DNA from: Squalus acanthias
Lineage: Eukaryota
Length of the DNA stretch: 64,000 nt
Reading direction: 5' to 3'
Assembly (NCBI GenBank): GCA_030390025.1
Contig: CM059432.1
Coordinates: 98,830,001 to 98,894,000 of the forward strand
How positions within the stretch are numbered: position 1 is the stretch's first letter; the number at the start of each line of letters is the position of its first letter. A model generated the notes under the pieces. That model saw nothing but the letters and a program-made list of their open reading frames with translations. It was not told the DNA's origin and made no database searches. The position numbers were made by a program, and so were the translations under genes. This document shows, piece by piece, positions 1-12,262 of the stretch.

Positions 1-472
1 ACTTCCTGCACTGAAACCAGAAATGTTGAACAATGCTCCTGCTGCTGACCTTCTTAGCCACCTCCAGCCATGCCTTCTTTGTACCAGCAGTAGGTTTCTT
101 CCTCCCATTGTTGGGGAAGAGTATCTCTCTGCTGCTCCTCACTGTCCACAGCAGTTCATCAAGGGAAGCGTCATTAAAGCGGGACGCAGCCTTTGTCCAT
201 CCTGAATCCATTCTGAAACTTCTTCCTCTCTGACTTCCAACTCCCAACTTCTCCAAATCCCATCTTTGGATTGACCCTTTAAATACTGGAGTTGAGATCG
301 CATCATGTGGGTCCGCACCATCCCCGCTGCCACGCATTAGATGTCAATCCTGGAAGTAAAATGATAATGAGGTGGCTGCGTTAAAATGCCCGAGACAGAT
401 GCGCTGAAATAACATCCGGGTTTCCCATGTGATATCAGAACCCCAACGCCTCTCGCAGTTAATATCGAGGCC
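1..472 (-). mobile_element. End of a Harbinger-type element containing exon 1 of a Myb/SANT-like DNA-binding ORF (ATG at 211, runs off the window start)
   Basis: Reverse strand of 1-211 translates to MDSGWTKAASRFNDASLDELLWTVRSSREILFPNNGRKKPTAGTKKAWLEVAKKVSSRS...QCRK, a Myb/SANT-like (NAIF1/MSANTD-type) domain homologous to the ORF at 62596. A TIR-like AATATCGAGGCC ends at 472. Confidence 0.7.
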
Positions 473-962
473 ATTGTTACCATTATGTCAATTATTCCCC
501 AACAATTTACGTGCTAAAATTTCCAATGTGTAAGTGCTAAGAGTGGTAAATTTGACCTTTACTGCCTAACCTTAACAGACAAATGTTCACTTTTGTAAAT
601 CCAATAAAAGATTAAATTATGCAAATGAATAAGTATAACAATAAGAAATGAGCCACTTGATTAAGTCAGGTGTTATTTCTGCTGTGAGTAATTTGAGTGT
701 TAGGAAATGAACACTCAGAAGGAACAATCCATATTTCTGTGATGCAAACCATGACATTTTAGTTCAGTGTGGAGACCACTTTCAAGTTGGCCTTGAAAGC
801 TCAAATACCTTTGAACCAAGCAACATATAAATTAGTTTAATTATTTCTCATCCAACTCCAATCCGCTCTCAGATGTCATTATTACAAAGATATCTGTCAA
901 CTTTAATCCAGATTCAGTGGATTAACCTTTTAGAAACTTCCAGCTACATGGCACCATTTCAC

Positions 963-1862
963 AATTTGACGATGACACGAAACTCGGAAGTGTAGTAAAC
1001 AGTGAGGAAGATAGTAATAGATTTCAAGAGGACATAGACAGGCTGGTGGAATGGACAGACTATTGGCAGATGAAATTCAATGCAGAAAAATGTGAGGTGA
1101 TACATTTTGTTAGGAAGAATGAGGAGAGACAATAAAAGCTAAATGTTACAATTTTAAAGGGGGTGCAGTAACAGAGAAACCGGTGGGTTTTTGTGCACAA
1201 ATCTTTGAAGGTGGCAGGACAGGTTAACAAAGCAGTTAATAAAGCATGTGGGGTCCTGGGCTTTATAAATAGAGGCAGAGAGTACAAATGCCAGGAAGTT
1301 ATGCTAAATCTATATAAAACACTAGTTTGGTCCCAGCTGGAGTATTGTGTCCAATTCTGGGCACCACACTTTAGGAAGGACATGAAGGCTTTGCAGAGGG
1401 TACAGAAGAGATTTACTAGAATGTTACCAGGGATGAGGGATTACAGTTACGTAGATAGACTGGAGAAACTGGAGTTGTTCTCCTTAGAGCAGAGAAGGCT
1501 AAAAGGAGATTTGATGGAGGTGTTTAAAATCATGAAGAGTTTAGATGGAGTAAATAAAGAGAAACTATTTCCAATGGCCAAAGGGTCGATAACCAAAGGG
1601 CACAGATTTAAGGTGATTGGAAAAAAGAACAAGAGGAAACATGCGGAAAAACTTTTTTACACAACGAGTGGTTAAGATTTGGAATGCACTATCTGATAGG
1701 GTGGTGGATACAGATTCAATAGCAGCCTTCAAAAGCGAATTGGATAAATACTTGAAGGAGAAAAAATTGCAGGGATATGAGGAGAGAGCAGGGCGCTGTC
1801 TCGATCGGGCCGAATGGCCTCCTTCTGTGCTGTACTATCCCATGATTCTATGATTCTGTGAT
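963..1862 (+). mobile_element. CR1 LINE, 5'-truncated 3' fragment (degenerate RT C-terminus and tail)
   Basis: DDTKL, LEYCVQFWAPH and NFFTQRVVKIWNAL motifs with stops and frameshifts; ATTCTATGATTCTGTG tail. Confidence 0.9.
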
Positions 1863-1939
1863 GACCATGCAATGCTTCAAGGCAATACACAGGAAGTTAC
1901 GATAGTTAGCCTTGCAACACTGTAACATCAGTTCCGCTT

Positions 1940-3325
1940 CCCTGACATCAGTAGTAGGAAAAATGCTGGAATCCATTATTAAGGAAGTGGTAACGGGGCA
2001 CTTAGAAAATCATAATATGATTAGGCAGAGTCGACATGGTTTTATGAAATGGAAATCATCTTTAACAAATTTATTAGAGTTTTTTGAGGATATAACTAAC
2101 AGGGTAGATAAAGGGGAACCAGTGGATGTAGTATATTTGGATTTCCAAAAGGCATTCGATAAGGTGCCACATAAAAGGTTGCTATGCAAGATAATGGCTC
2201 ATGGGGTTGGGGGTAATATATTAGCATGGATAGAGGATTGGTTAATGGACAGAAAACAGAGAGTAGGGATAAACGGGATATTTTCTGGTTGGCAGGCTGT
2301 AACTAATGGGGTGCCACAAGGATCAGTGCTTGGGCTTCAGTCTATACAATCTATATTAATGACTTAGATGAAGGGACCGAGTGCAATGTATCCAAGTTTG
2401 CTGCCGAAACAAAGCTCGGTGGGAAAGTAAGCTGTGAGGAGGACACAAAGAACCTTCAGAGGGATATAGACAGGTTAAGTGAGTGGGCAATAAGTTGGCA
2501 GATGGAGTATAATGTGAGGAAATGTGAGGTTATTCACTTTGGTAGGAAGAATAGAAAAACAGGATATTCTTTAAATGGTGAGAAACTATTAAATGTTGTG
2601 TTCAGAGAGATTTAGATGTCATCATACAGGAAACACAGAAAGTTAACATGCAGGTACAGCAAGCAATTAGGAAGGCAAATGGCATGTTGGCCTTTATTGC
2701 AAGGGGGTTGGAGTACAACAGTAAGGAAGTCTTGCTACAATTGTACAGTGCTTTGGTGAGAACACACCTGGAGTGCTGTGCACAGTTTTGGTCTCCTTAT
2801 CTGAGAATGGACATACTTGACTTAGAGGCAGTGCAACGAAGGTTCACTAGATTGATCACTGGGATGAGAGGGTTGTCCTATGAGGAGAGATTGAGTAGAA
2901 TGGGCCTATACTCTTTGGAGTTTAGAAGAATGTGAGGTTATCTCATTGAAACATAAGATTCTGAGGAGGATTGACAGGGTAGATGCTGAGAGGTTGTTTC
3001 CCCTGGTTGGAGAGTCTTGAACTAGAGGGCATAGTCTCAGGATAAGAGGTCGGACATTTAAGTCTGAGATTAGGAGGAATTTCTTCACTCAGAGGGTTGT
3101 GAATCTTTGGAATTCTCTGCCCCAGAGGGCTGTGAATGCTGAGTCATTGAGTATATTCAAGGCTGAGATAGATTTTTGGACTCTAGGGGAGCCAAGGAAT
3201 ATGGGGATCGGGCAGGAAAGTGGAGTTGAGGTCAAAGATCAGCCATGATCTTATTGAATGGCAGCGCAGGCTTGAAGGGCTGCATGGACTACTCCTGCTC
3301 CTAATTCTTATATTTTTATTTTCTG
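1940..3325 (+). mobile_element. CR1 LINE fragment (degenerate RT domain and 3' end)
   Basis: SLTSVVGKMLE, YLDFQKAFDKVPH and GVPQGSVLG motifs; disrupted ORFs 1912-2367 and 2648-2935. Confidence 0.9.
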
Positions 3326-5689
3326 ATGTTTCCACATTTCTGACAGATGGTGGAAGAATTGAAAGAATCTTGAGTGCCCCTCTAGCTGACATGTCATTCT
3401 GAATAATAATAATGCCTTCATTAGAAACGTCACTGTCAGCAGTTGAGAGCTTAAATTATTCAGGCAGTAGTGAAGATAATTATCAGTCCAATATATTTAA
3501 CTTTTAATATTGTAAATGTGTCTCCTTACCTTTTATAATTAAAACATAATTAAATAACATGTATCCGTTTATCACTTTTTATCAAGTTCTTTTCTCATTG
3601 CAATCTGTTGTAGACTAATTGATAGTGATTGATTGCTATGTTCAGTCAACAATTCCATTATCACTGTATCATGTGCCTACTTGGTTGGTAGAAGGTGAAC
3701 TAGATGGACCGTGGTCTTTCTTCATCTAGCAATTCCTATTTACCTATGTTCCAATCAAAATACTCATTTATAAAATGAAAGTAGTACAAACAATCAATGT
3801 GAAGACACACTGCTGTTATATATGAAACATACATTAAATTCTTCCTGATGAACAGCATTTTAATTCTTGGTGTGGCTTGTCACACAGGTTGCGCTTTCCC
3901 TGTAAGAATGTTCTCTACTAATCATATGTGTATAGATGTAGGCCTGACCTGTGCCAGGTAATTCATCAAATGAGTGTGACATTTCCTTCAGAAATGATTG
4001 AACTCTGTACCTTTAAGGATAGTAATGTGTATATTCCAGTAATAGCCCTTGCACTGCAGCAAATTTAATTAAATCATGAATTGCTTATGAATCATACAAT
4101 GCTTTAGGCACTCCCTGACAGTCATTTTAAATGATTTCCTATATTACAATAAAAAACCATCTCTGTTATTATTACCACCTAAAGTAACACAGAAGATTTG
4201 TCTGTGCAACCTTTTATGGCAGAGTGGAAATATTAAACCATAGCTCAGACATTTCTCATACTTACACCATGTCAAGCATTCATAAATTTATTCTAAATTG
4301 CGCTACCCCCTAATTATACAATTCATTGTTTATTTAATCTATTGGTAACTATTACTAGCTACAATCAACCTACAACGCAAAATCCAAACATATGGTAAAT
4401 CTATTCAAATTGAATTAGTGCCCCAAATTTCATTTGACATCAGGCAGCAAACAACATCACACATTGGAAAATTGTCCCAAGTGTTTCATTTTTTTTTACA
4501 TATTAAACAAAATAAGATAACACATACTGATGAAATTAATATTAACCAGTTAACTGCACCAGCAGCAACCAGAATCTTCATTCAGAGAAGTGCGAAGAAT
4601 GTAATATCGATGTTCCACAATAACAGCATTAACAAAGACTAATATAATCTTCTCATAGGGTGGTGGCTGTGGCAAGAACTACAATGTAATTAAAATAAAC
4701 ATTGTAATTATAAAACTATTATACAGGATACTCTTAATTCAAGTTGCTGAATTCAAATAATTTGATAATTCAAGTCTTTTTAGTGCAAGAAATGACTAAA
4801 TTAACTAGAGTAATAGGGAAAGCTTTGTGTATTGTGACTGGATGATAAACAAAAGGAAATACTCAGAACCACAGGCATTCCTCGGGCGTAATGACACTTC
4901 TCCAGTCTAATAGACTGCCTGTTCAGTCATCATTATCTACCCTTGTGTACAACCACATTAATCATGCACTGAATGAGAGCCACAGCATGATCTGAAATGA
5001 ATCTAATACATCTAAAGTAGCTTGGGCTTGTTTGTAGCTTAATGTCTGATATCATCAGCCCATCTTTAATGTTAGCTGCTATCTGAAGAACATTTAACTC
5101 AGGAAGTAAAAGTGCTTGTATAGTGGGATTGAAGGCAGAATGGGAGACATGTGACATCTGCAGGAACTGTTGACAGCTCTTCATGCTAATAGCTCCCAAT
5201 ATGTATTCAGGCTAGTTCTTGCAGTAAATCTCTTTAACTAAAATGCAATCTAACCGGAAAAGAGAGTTGTAAACTGTGACAAAATAGGGAAATCTGAATC
5301 TTGGAGCTTATGAAATCTTCAAGCTTGAATGAGACCATATCCGTTTTCATGTCTCGTAGACTGTCACATCTTTATTTGCCATAGCATATCTGATCCTGCA
5401 TTGCATTCAATACTACTGATACTGCTGGATCATGATGCCTAACCCCAACCCTGTCCAGGGAATCCACAATTGATATTTGCAGTATATATTTCTATTTTTT
5501 TCAAATGTGATCTCTGCACTCATTACTCTGCATCATTCCTTTGTAAATTTGGACCTGACGTTTATTGTGATCTCTTGTACTACTATCATATGTCTTACAA
5601 AGGTGTTATTGCACAGTAATTATTAACATACAGTTAATCTGCTTCCTCTACACCAGAGTCTTTAGCAGTTCTCCTAAAAATTCTTACAC

Positions 5690-6808
5690 AAGTAGCAGAA
5701 TGGATTGCTGGCTGGCTTCAAGACAGAAAGCAGAGAGTGGGAGTAAAGGGTAGCTATTCACAGTGGCAGAAGGTGGGTAGTGGTGTTCCACAAGGATCAG
5801 TGCTTGGACCACTGTGGTTCACAATTTACATTAACGATTTAGACTTTGGAATCAAAAACACAATTTCTAAATTAGCGGATGACACCAAATTGGGGGGAAT
5901 AGTCAATACTAAGGAGGACTGCAACAAATTATAGGAGGACATTAATAAACTTGCAGAATGGGCAAATAATTGGCAAATGAAGTTCAACACAGACAAATGT
6001 AAGGTATTACATTTTGGTAGGAAGAATAGGGAGGTCAATTATCACTTGGAGGGTGCGAGTCTAGGTGGATTAGAGGAACAAAGGGATCTCGGAATACAAA
6101 TACACAAATCACTAAAAGTTGCGTCACAGGTTAACAAGGCCATTAACATTGTAAACCAAGCACTAGGGTTTATTTCTAGAGGGATAGAATTGAAAAGTAG
6201 AGAAGTTATGCTAAATCTGTATCGAATCTTGGTTAGACCACACTTAGAGTACTGCGTGCAGTTCTGGTCACCATATTATAAAAAGGATATAGAGGCACTG
6301 GAGGGGGTGAAAAGAAGATTTACAAGGATGATACCAGAAATGCGAGGGTATACATGTCAGGAAAGGATGAACAGGCTGGGTCTCTTTTCTCTTGAAAAAA
6401 GAAGGCTGAGGGGTGACCTAATAGAGGTCTATAAAATTATGAATGCTTTTGATAGAGTGGATACAGAGAGAATATTTCCACTTGTGGGGAGGGGCATAAC
6501 TAGAGGCCATCAAAATAAGATAGTCACCAGGAAAGGCAATAGGGAATTCAGAAGAAACTTCTTTACCCAAAGAGTGGTGAGAATGTGGAACTCACTACCA
6601 TAGGGAATGGTTGAAGCAAATAGTACAGATGCATTTAAGGGGAGGCTAGACAAGCATATGAGGGAGAAGGGAATAGAGGGTTACGCTGATAGATTTGGAT
6701 GAGGAAAGACGGGAGGAAGCTCGAGTAGAGCATAAACACCAACATGGACTGGTTGGTCCGAATGCCCTGTTTCTGTGCCATTTATATTCTATGTTATGTA
6801 ATCCTATG
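5690..6808 (+). mobile_element. CR1 LINE 3' fragment
   Basis: GVPQGSVLGP, ADDTKLGG and LEYCVQFWSP motifs with in-frame stops; CTATG-type tail. Confidence 0.9.
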
Positions 6809-7024
6809 TACACCAGCAGTCAGGAATTGGGGGTGGGGTGGTGGGGGGAGTCTCTTATAAAGAAACCAAACTGGAAATATGTCTGCATAACCTGCCCACA
6901 TTATACACTATTTTCACAGGATGACTCATATTTTTGGAACATAGGAGCAGGAGTAGGTCATTCAGCCCCTCGAGCCTGTTCCATCATTCAATTAGATCAT
7001 GACTGAACTAGTCATAGAGTCATA

Positions 7025-7915
7025 GGGAGAGAAATTCAGTATCGCCCCATTTGGGGCGCAATTATCGGCCGGGCGCAAAGATTAGCGCCTGGCGCTAATT
7101 ATCGCCACCGACTGCAAACTTGACTTTTATCGCCCCTGGAGGTGATTGGAGCACTAAATCAGGCGCTTCACACCTGTCTTAAGGCGCAAAGGCCGAGCAG
7201 CGAGGCGCTACCTCAGAGCGCTGGCGAAGCTCATGTGATGTCAGTCAGCAATAGAACACACACACAATGGCACCGGCCAGTTCTTAAAGGGGAGGGTTGA
7301 TCTTGCTTTCCATCCACATCCTGCTCATTGCAGCCTTGAATCCCGGCCTGGAGACACCTGCACATCAAATCTGCTGGAAAGAACAATGGAGAGTACCAGG
7401 GAAAGAGCTTAGAGTGCAGCCCCCACAGTCTCTTCTAAATCGATACAAGGAATGGCAAATCAAAATGAACCTGCAAAGTGCTGCTCAGCACCCAAAACTC
7501 CTTCACACAGCGTTGAATCTCTCCAGAAGTCTCTCTCTCTCTCTCAGAATGCGTGGTTCAAAAATGGCACCAACAATAAAAGGCAGGAAGCGGTCACCTT
7601 TAAATAGCGCTCCCCCAGTCCCTTCATGACTGCAAAACGCTCCCCTCAACCTGTCGTTGCTAGCGTCAGGCGGTAAGGCAGGGGGCGCCACTCAATATCT
7701 GCACTGGGATGATACCGGGGCGTTGCGCACTCGACTGATGTCACGATCTGCCGGCGCAGGAGATCGTGGCGGTAGTGTTTAGCGCCACCGCAAAATGTCT
7801 AGTTAATTTCGTGAGCGGCGCAAACATCGCCGCGCCTGGGCGCTAGATGCTTTGCTCCCCATTAGCGCCCTCTTAAGGCGCTAACGGGAGGCGCAACCAA
7901 CTGAATTTTTCCCCC
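7025..7915. mobile_element. Non-autonomous (internally deleted) Harbinger element, oriented opposite to 8061-12244
   Basis: TIRs GGGAGAGAAATTCAGT / ACTGAATTTTTCCCCC; 3-bp TSD ATA inside a CR1 tail; both subterminal regions match the ends of 8061-12244. Confidence 0.85.
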
Positions 7916-8546
7916 ATAGAGTTATACAGCACAGAAAGAGGCCCTTCGGCCCATCATGTCCGCGCCTTAACTTGGGTGCTTGAATTAACCAAAAGGATTG
8001 ATGGATTTTAAACCTGCATACTAATCAAACAGTAGCCACAAATTAGCTTTTGCATATTGTGGGGGAAAAATTCGGTTGGTTAGTGCCACCCATTAGCGCC
8101 TCTGGGAGGGTGCTAACGGGGCGCTAATGACTTAGCGCCCGAGCGTGGTGATTTTAGTCCTGCCCGCGAAATTGACCTGCCGGTTTACGGTGGCGCTAAA
8201 CACTACCGCCACGATCTCCTGCACCCGGAGATCATGACATCATCGAAGCGCGCATTGCCCCGGACCGGAAATTGATTCTCGCCCCCTGCCTCAGTGCCTG
8301 GCATTAGGAATGACAGGTAGAGGGGGACAGTTTGCAGTCGGCTGGGAGCTGGGGGAGCTCTATTTAAAGGCGTGCGCTTCCTGCCTTTTTCTGTCAGCAA
8401 TCAATTCTGCATACGCAAGTTGAGAGAGGGAGAGAGGTATCTGGAGACATTTAACGCTATCCTACTTGAAGGAGTTTTGTTGGTCAGCCAGACTTTTCAG
8501 GTTCCCATTTCTGTAAGCTTTATTACTACCACATTTAGAAGATTTA

Positions 8547-9670
8547 ATGGGGGCTGTACTGGCACAGGGCCTCGTCCTCCAGCTTCACCGTTGGAGGCAG
8601 CGGAGGCGGAGAGAGAGATTGGAAAACATGACCAGAGGGAGGAGGGCCAACAGGGCTCTGCACACGAGACCTTACCCTCCCAGGTTATTCCGGGAGCAAT
8701 TCTCATATATCCATCTGTCCGAGGAGCAGTGTTTCAGAAGACTCCGCTTCAGCAAGGAGATGGTCACAGAGCTCTGCCACCTCCTGCAGCCAGAGCTCCA
8801 GCCTCAGCTCAGGACATCTGTCAGTGGCAGTGAAGGTGACAGTGGCTTTCAATTTCTATGCCAGAGGCTCCTTCCAGGCTTCAACAGGGGATATTGCGAA
8901 CATCTCAGCTCACAAATGCTCTCTACAAAAGGAGAAGGGAGTACATCTCATTCCCCATGACCCAAGACAAACAGTGTGAATGCGCATGTGGCTTTGCTAG
9001 GATAGCGGGCTTCCCCATGGTTCAGGGCGCCATTGACTGCACGCTTGTGGCATTGCGGACACCTCATGAAAATTCAGAGGTTTTCTGCAACCGCAAAGGC
9101 TTCCACTCTTACAACGTCCAGTTGGTGTGCGACCACAGACAGCGCATCCTTGACGTCAATGCCCGCTATCCTGGCAGCAGCCACGATGCATTTATCCTGT
9201 GCCAGACTGGTGTCCCAGACCGGTTCCAACCATCATGTCAACCTAGTGGTTGGCTCCTCGGGGACAAGGGTTATCCACTCTGCACCTGGCTGATGACACC
9301 GCTCCGTAACCCCAATAATTCTGTTGAGTTCGCATACAATGAAAGCCATAGCGCCACTAGGAACCTCATTGAACAGACGATCGGCGTGTTGAAGCAACGG
9401 TTCCGGTGTCTTAACCACTCTGGAGGAGCCCTGCAATATTCCCCCGATCGAATATCGGTTTTCATTGTTGTGTGCTGCATGTTTCACAACCTCGCAACTC
9501 TGAGGACCCAGCCATTGCCACCAGGGATTGGTGCACCACCTCAGGAGCAGGAGGAGGCAGAGGAGGAGGTTGAAGAGGAGGATGAGCAGCAGCAACGTGG
9601 GAAGGAGGCGCTCAATGTTTCTTCTGCAAGGGCCGTTCGTGAATGCCTCATAAGACACCGCTTCAGATGA
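8547..9670 (+). pseudogene. Harbinger (HARBI1-like) DDE transposase, frameshifted
   Basis: N-terminus in ORF 8547 and DDE core in ORF 8858-9670 (GAIDCT, LLGDKGY, LIEQTIGVLKQRFRCL); deletions and frameshifts around 8815-8910. Confidence 0.9.
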
Positions 9671-9974
9671 ATGACAGAGAAGATGGCTTTTGGGATCAAC
9701 AAGCACATCTTTACAGCCATCCCGCAGCCCCTATTACCAGCCAAAGTTCCAATGAGTAACATGAGGAAATTTGTAACGTTTCAATAAAATTTTTATTTTC
9801 CTTAACAACTGTGTCTTATTAAGCACAACCAATAACAAACAAACACAACAATTTATTAGCAAACAAAACTGGTTCTTACCACATCGAAATAAGTGTTAAC
9901 AGAGTGAACAATATATTTACATACACATCCAACTTTGGGACAAACATTCCCCCCATATGTTAGAGAAAATGTAG

Positions 9975-11888
9975 TTATTTGCCCTTCGAGGATGATCTCC
10001 CTCCCCTTCGCACTTCCCCCCTTCCCACCCTACTGCTCCTCCGGAATGGGGCCCCAGTGGCTGCAGCAAGGCTGGCGGAAGGCTGCTGAATCTCGGATCC
10101 AGAGACTGCAGATGCCCCTGAAGGACGCCCTCGACCAGCTCTGGGCCTGGAGGGCCCGGCTGTAGACTGCACCAACTCTGCATGGGCGGCAGCAGTCTGG
10201 GCTGGCTGGGTTACAGGCTGTGGCAAGTGCAATGGCAGAGTGGCAGTGGTGGCAGCAGGAATGCTGTCATCCTGAGAGAGGACGGCACCTTCCTGCTCGA
10301 CCGACACACTGCCATTCCCCTGGGGCAGAACCTCAGCATCCGGAGCAATCTGCTCGAGTACAGATTGCTGGCCTGCTGCAGCACCGTGAGAGCCCCGGTG
10401 GACTGTGGACGACCCAACGATGATGGCAGCAGTCAGCGCTTCCATGGCATCTATCTGAGACTGCATGAGAGCAGTCTGAGACTGGATGAGAGCAGCCTGA
10501 GACTGGATGGCATAAACCAATGACTCGATTGCAGCACTAAGCCATTGTGTTGCCTCAGCCTGTGCTGCAATACATGCTGCCACCTCACCCATTACACGCG
10601 GCATGGGGTCTGGGTCCCCAAGGTCTCTCTGCAAGTCAACCATCCTCTGCAACGAGGCAAGGATGGGTTTGAGGATTTGTGCACAGATGACAGCTGTGCT
10701 GGCAGCGGACTCCTCCATGCTCCTAGCCAGTGCATCCATGGTGCCGGGCACCCTTGCCATTGGACCCATGAGCTCAGTGTGCATGCTCATTGCCTGAGTA
10801 TTCATGGCCACTATATCGAGGTCCTCATCCGAGTCCTGTGCAGCAGAACTTGTGCGCGCACTCACCCTCCTGGGAGATGGCCCCCGAGCTTCCCTTTCCC
10901 CATTGCATTGCTGCAACCTGCTGGGTCCCAGAGCTTCACCCACTTCAGAGCCATTTCCTCTGCTCCCCTCCAGTGACCGCGTGGCCCCAGTATCGGATGT
11001 CTCGCCCTTGGGAGACGCAGGCAATGAGGCTCCGGATTCATGTTCCTCCTCCTCTCCCAGGTCACTGCCACTGGTTGGTTGAGGGACAGGCTGGTCAACT
11101 GGTGGCTCACTATCTGAACGCAGGAAGGTACAAGAGTGGCTTTAACATGAGGGCAGTGGGGCAGGAAGGGAGCAAGGAATGAAGACAGTATTGTTAGATG
11201 GAAAGTGGGAAAGGCTCGTGTTGTGAGGGAGAAGTGGTATGAGAGGAGAGAGAAATGATGAACATACCGTTGCTGTCCTCAGAGGGGTCGACCTCTCCAC
11301 CGGCCACGGCGCCTACGATTAGTCTGTGAACTCGCTCCGCCAGCTTTGTGAGGGGGTGCAGCTCTGCCTGACCTCTTCCGGTGCGTTGTTGCTCCCTCCT
11401 GTTATGTGAAAGCTTGGCCTGCAAGAAACAGGACAGCGTGTGAGTCAGTGTGCAGCCATGTTTCTGGCAGATTTGCCTACCATAGTTTAATAGCCATTAA
11501 TGTCTGCAAGGTGTGAGAAGTGGATGTGACTTTTAGTAGATGGGCATAGTTGTTGGGTGATTGTTGGGGATTTGGCACTTTATACCGTCTGTGCACAGTG
11601 AGGTTGAGATGGTGGGATGTAGAGGTTTTTCAAGCATCTACTCACCCTGACCACCTGAGTGAGGTCATTGAACTTCCTGCGGAACTGCATGTGAGTCCTT
11701 TAGACCAGGCTCCTGGGCGATACGTAATGGGCAACCTCCCTCCACACCCTTGTAAACTCCTGGGGCAACGGCCTCCTGCCAGTCTCTGGGAGCAGCACTG
11801 CCTGTCGGCATTCCACAGCGCCAACCAGAGCCACCAATGCCTGGTCGCTAAACCAGCAAGCTCTCTCCCTGGGCCTCTGAGTAGCCAT
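9975..11888 (-). pseudogene. Harbinger Myb/SANT-like accessory protein gene, 3 exons (11888-11646, 11418-11268, 11113-9975)
   Basis: Exon 1 MATQRPRERACWFSDQAL...WREVA...RKFNDL has one in-frame stop. Canonical GT-AG junctions; exon 3 is in frame with the 349-aa ORF 9975-11024. Confidence 0.85.
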
Positions 11889-12262
11889 GATTATCATTGT
11901 TGAAGATTTGCACCTCCTTGCAAGCCCAGGTCAAATGCTGCAATGAGCAGGGTGAGGCTGTGCAGCAAGATGGGCCCTCCCCTTTAAGAACTGGACGGCG
12001 CCAGTCTGTCTGAGTACAAGGTAATTGACAGCGCCTGAGCTTGAGTCGCGCTCTGAGGTAGCGCCTCGTTCCCCGATGTTAGCGCCCTAAGAGAGGTGTG
12101 TAATGCTTGATTTAGCGCTCCAATCACCTCCAGGGGCGATGGAGACTAATTACCCGGTCACCGGCGATAATTTGCGGCGGGCGCTAAATTTTGCGCCCTG
12201 CTGATATTAGAGCCCCAAATTGGGCGATACCGAATTTTTCCCCCTGTAGATTTTAAGTTTTA

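Larger units (their letters stand above)
8061..12244 (+). mobile_element. Full-length PIF/Harbinger DNA transposon (4184 bp) with convergent transposase and Myb-like genes
   Basis: Perfect 16-bp TIR GGGGGAAAAATTCGGT, 3-bp TSD TGT, and the two-ORF layout typical of Harbinger. Confidence 0.95.
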
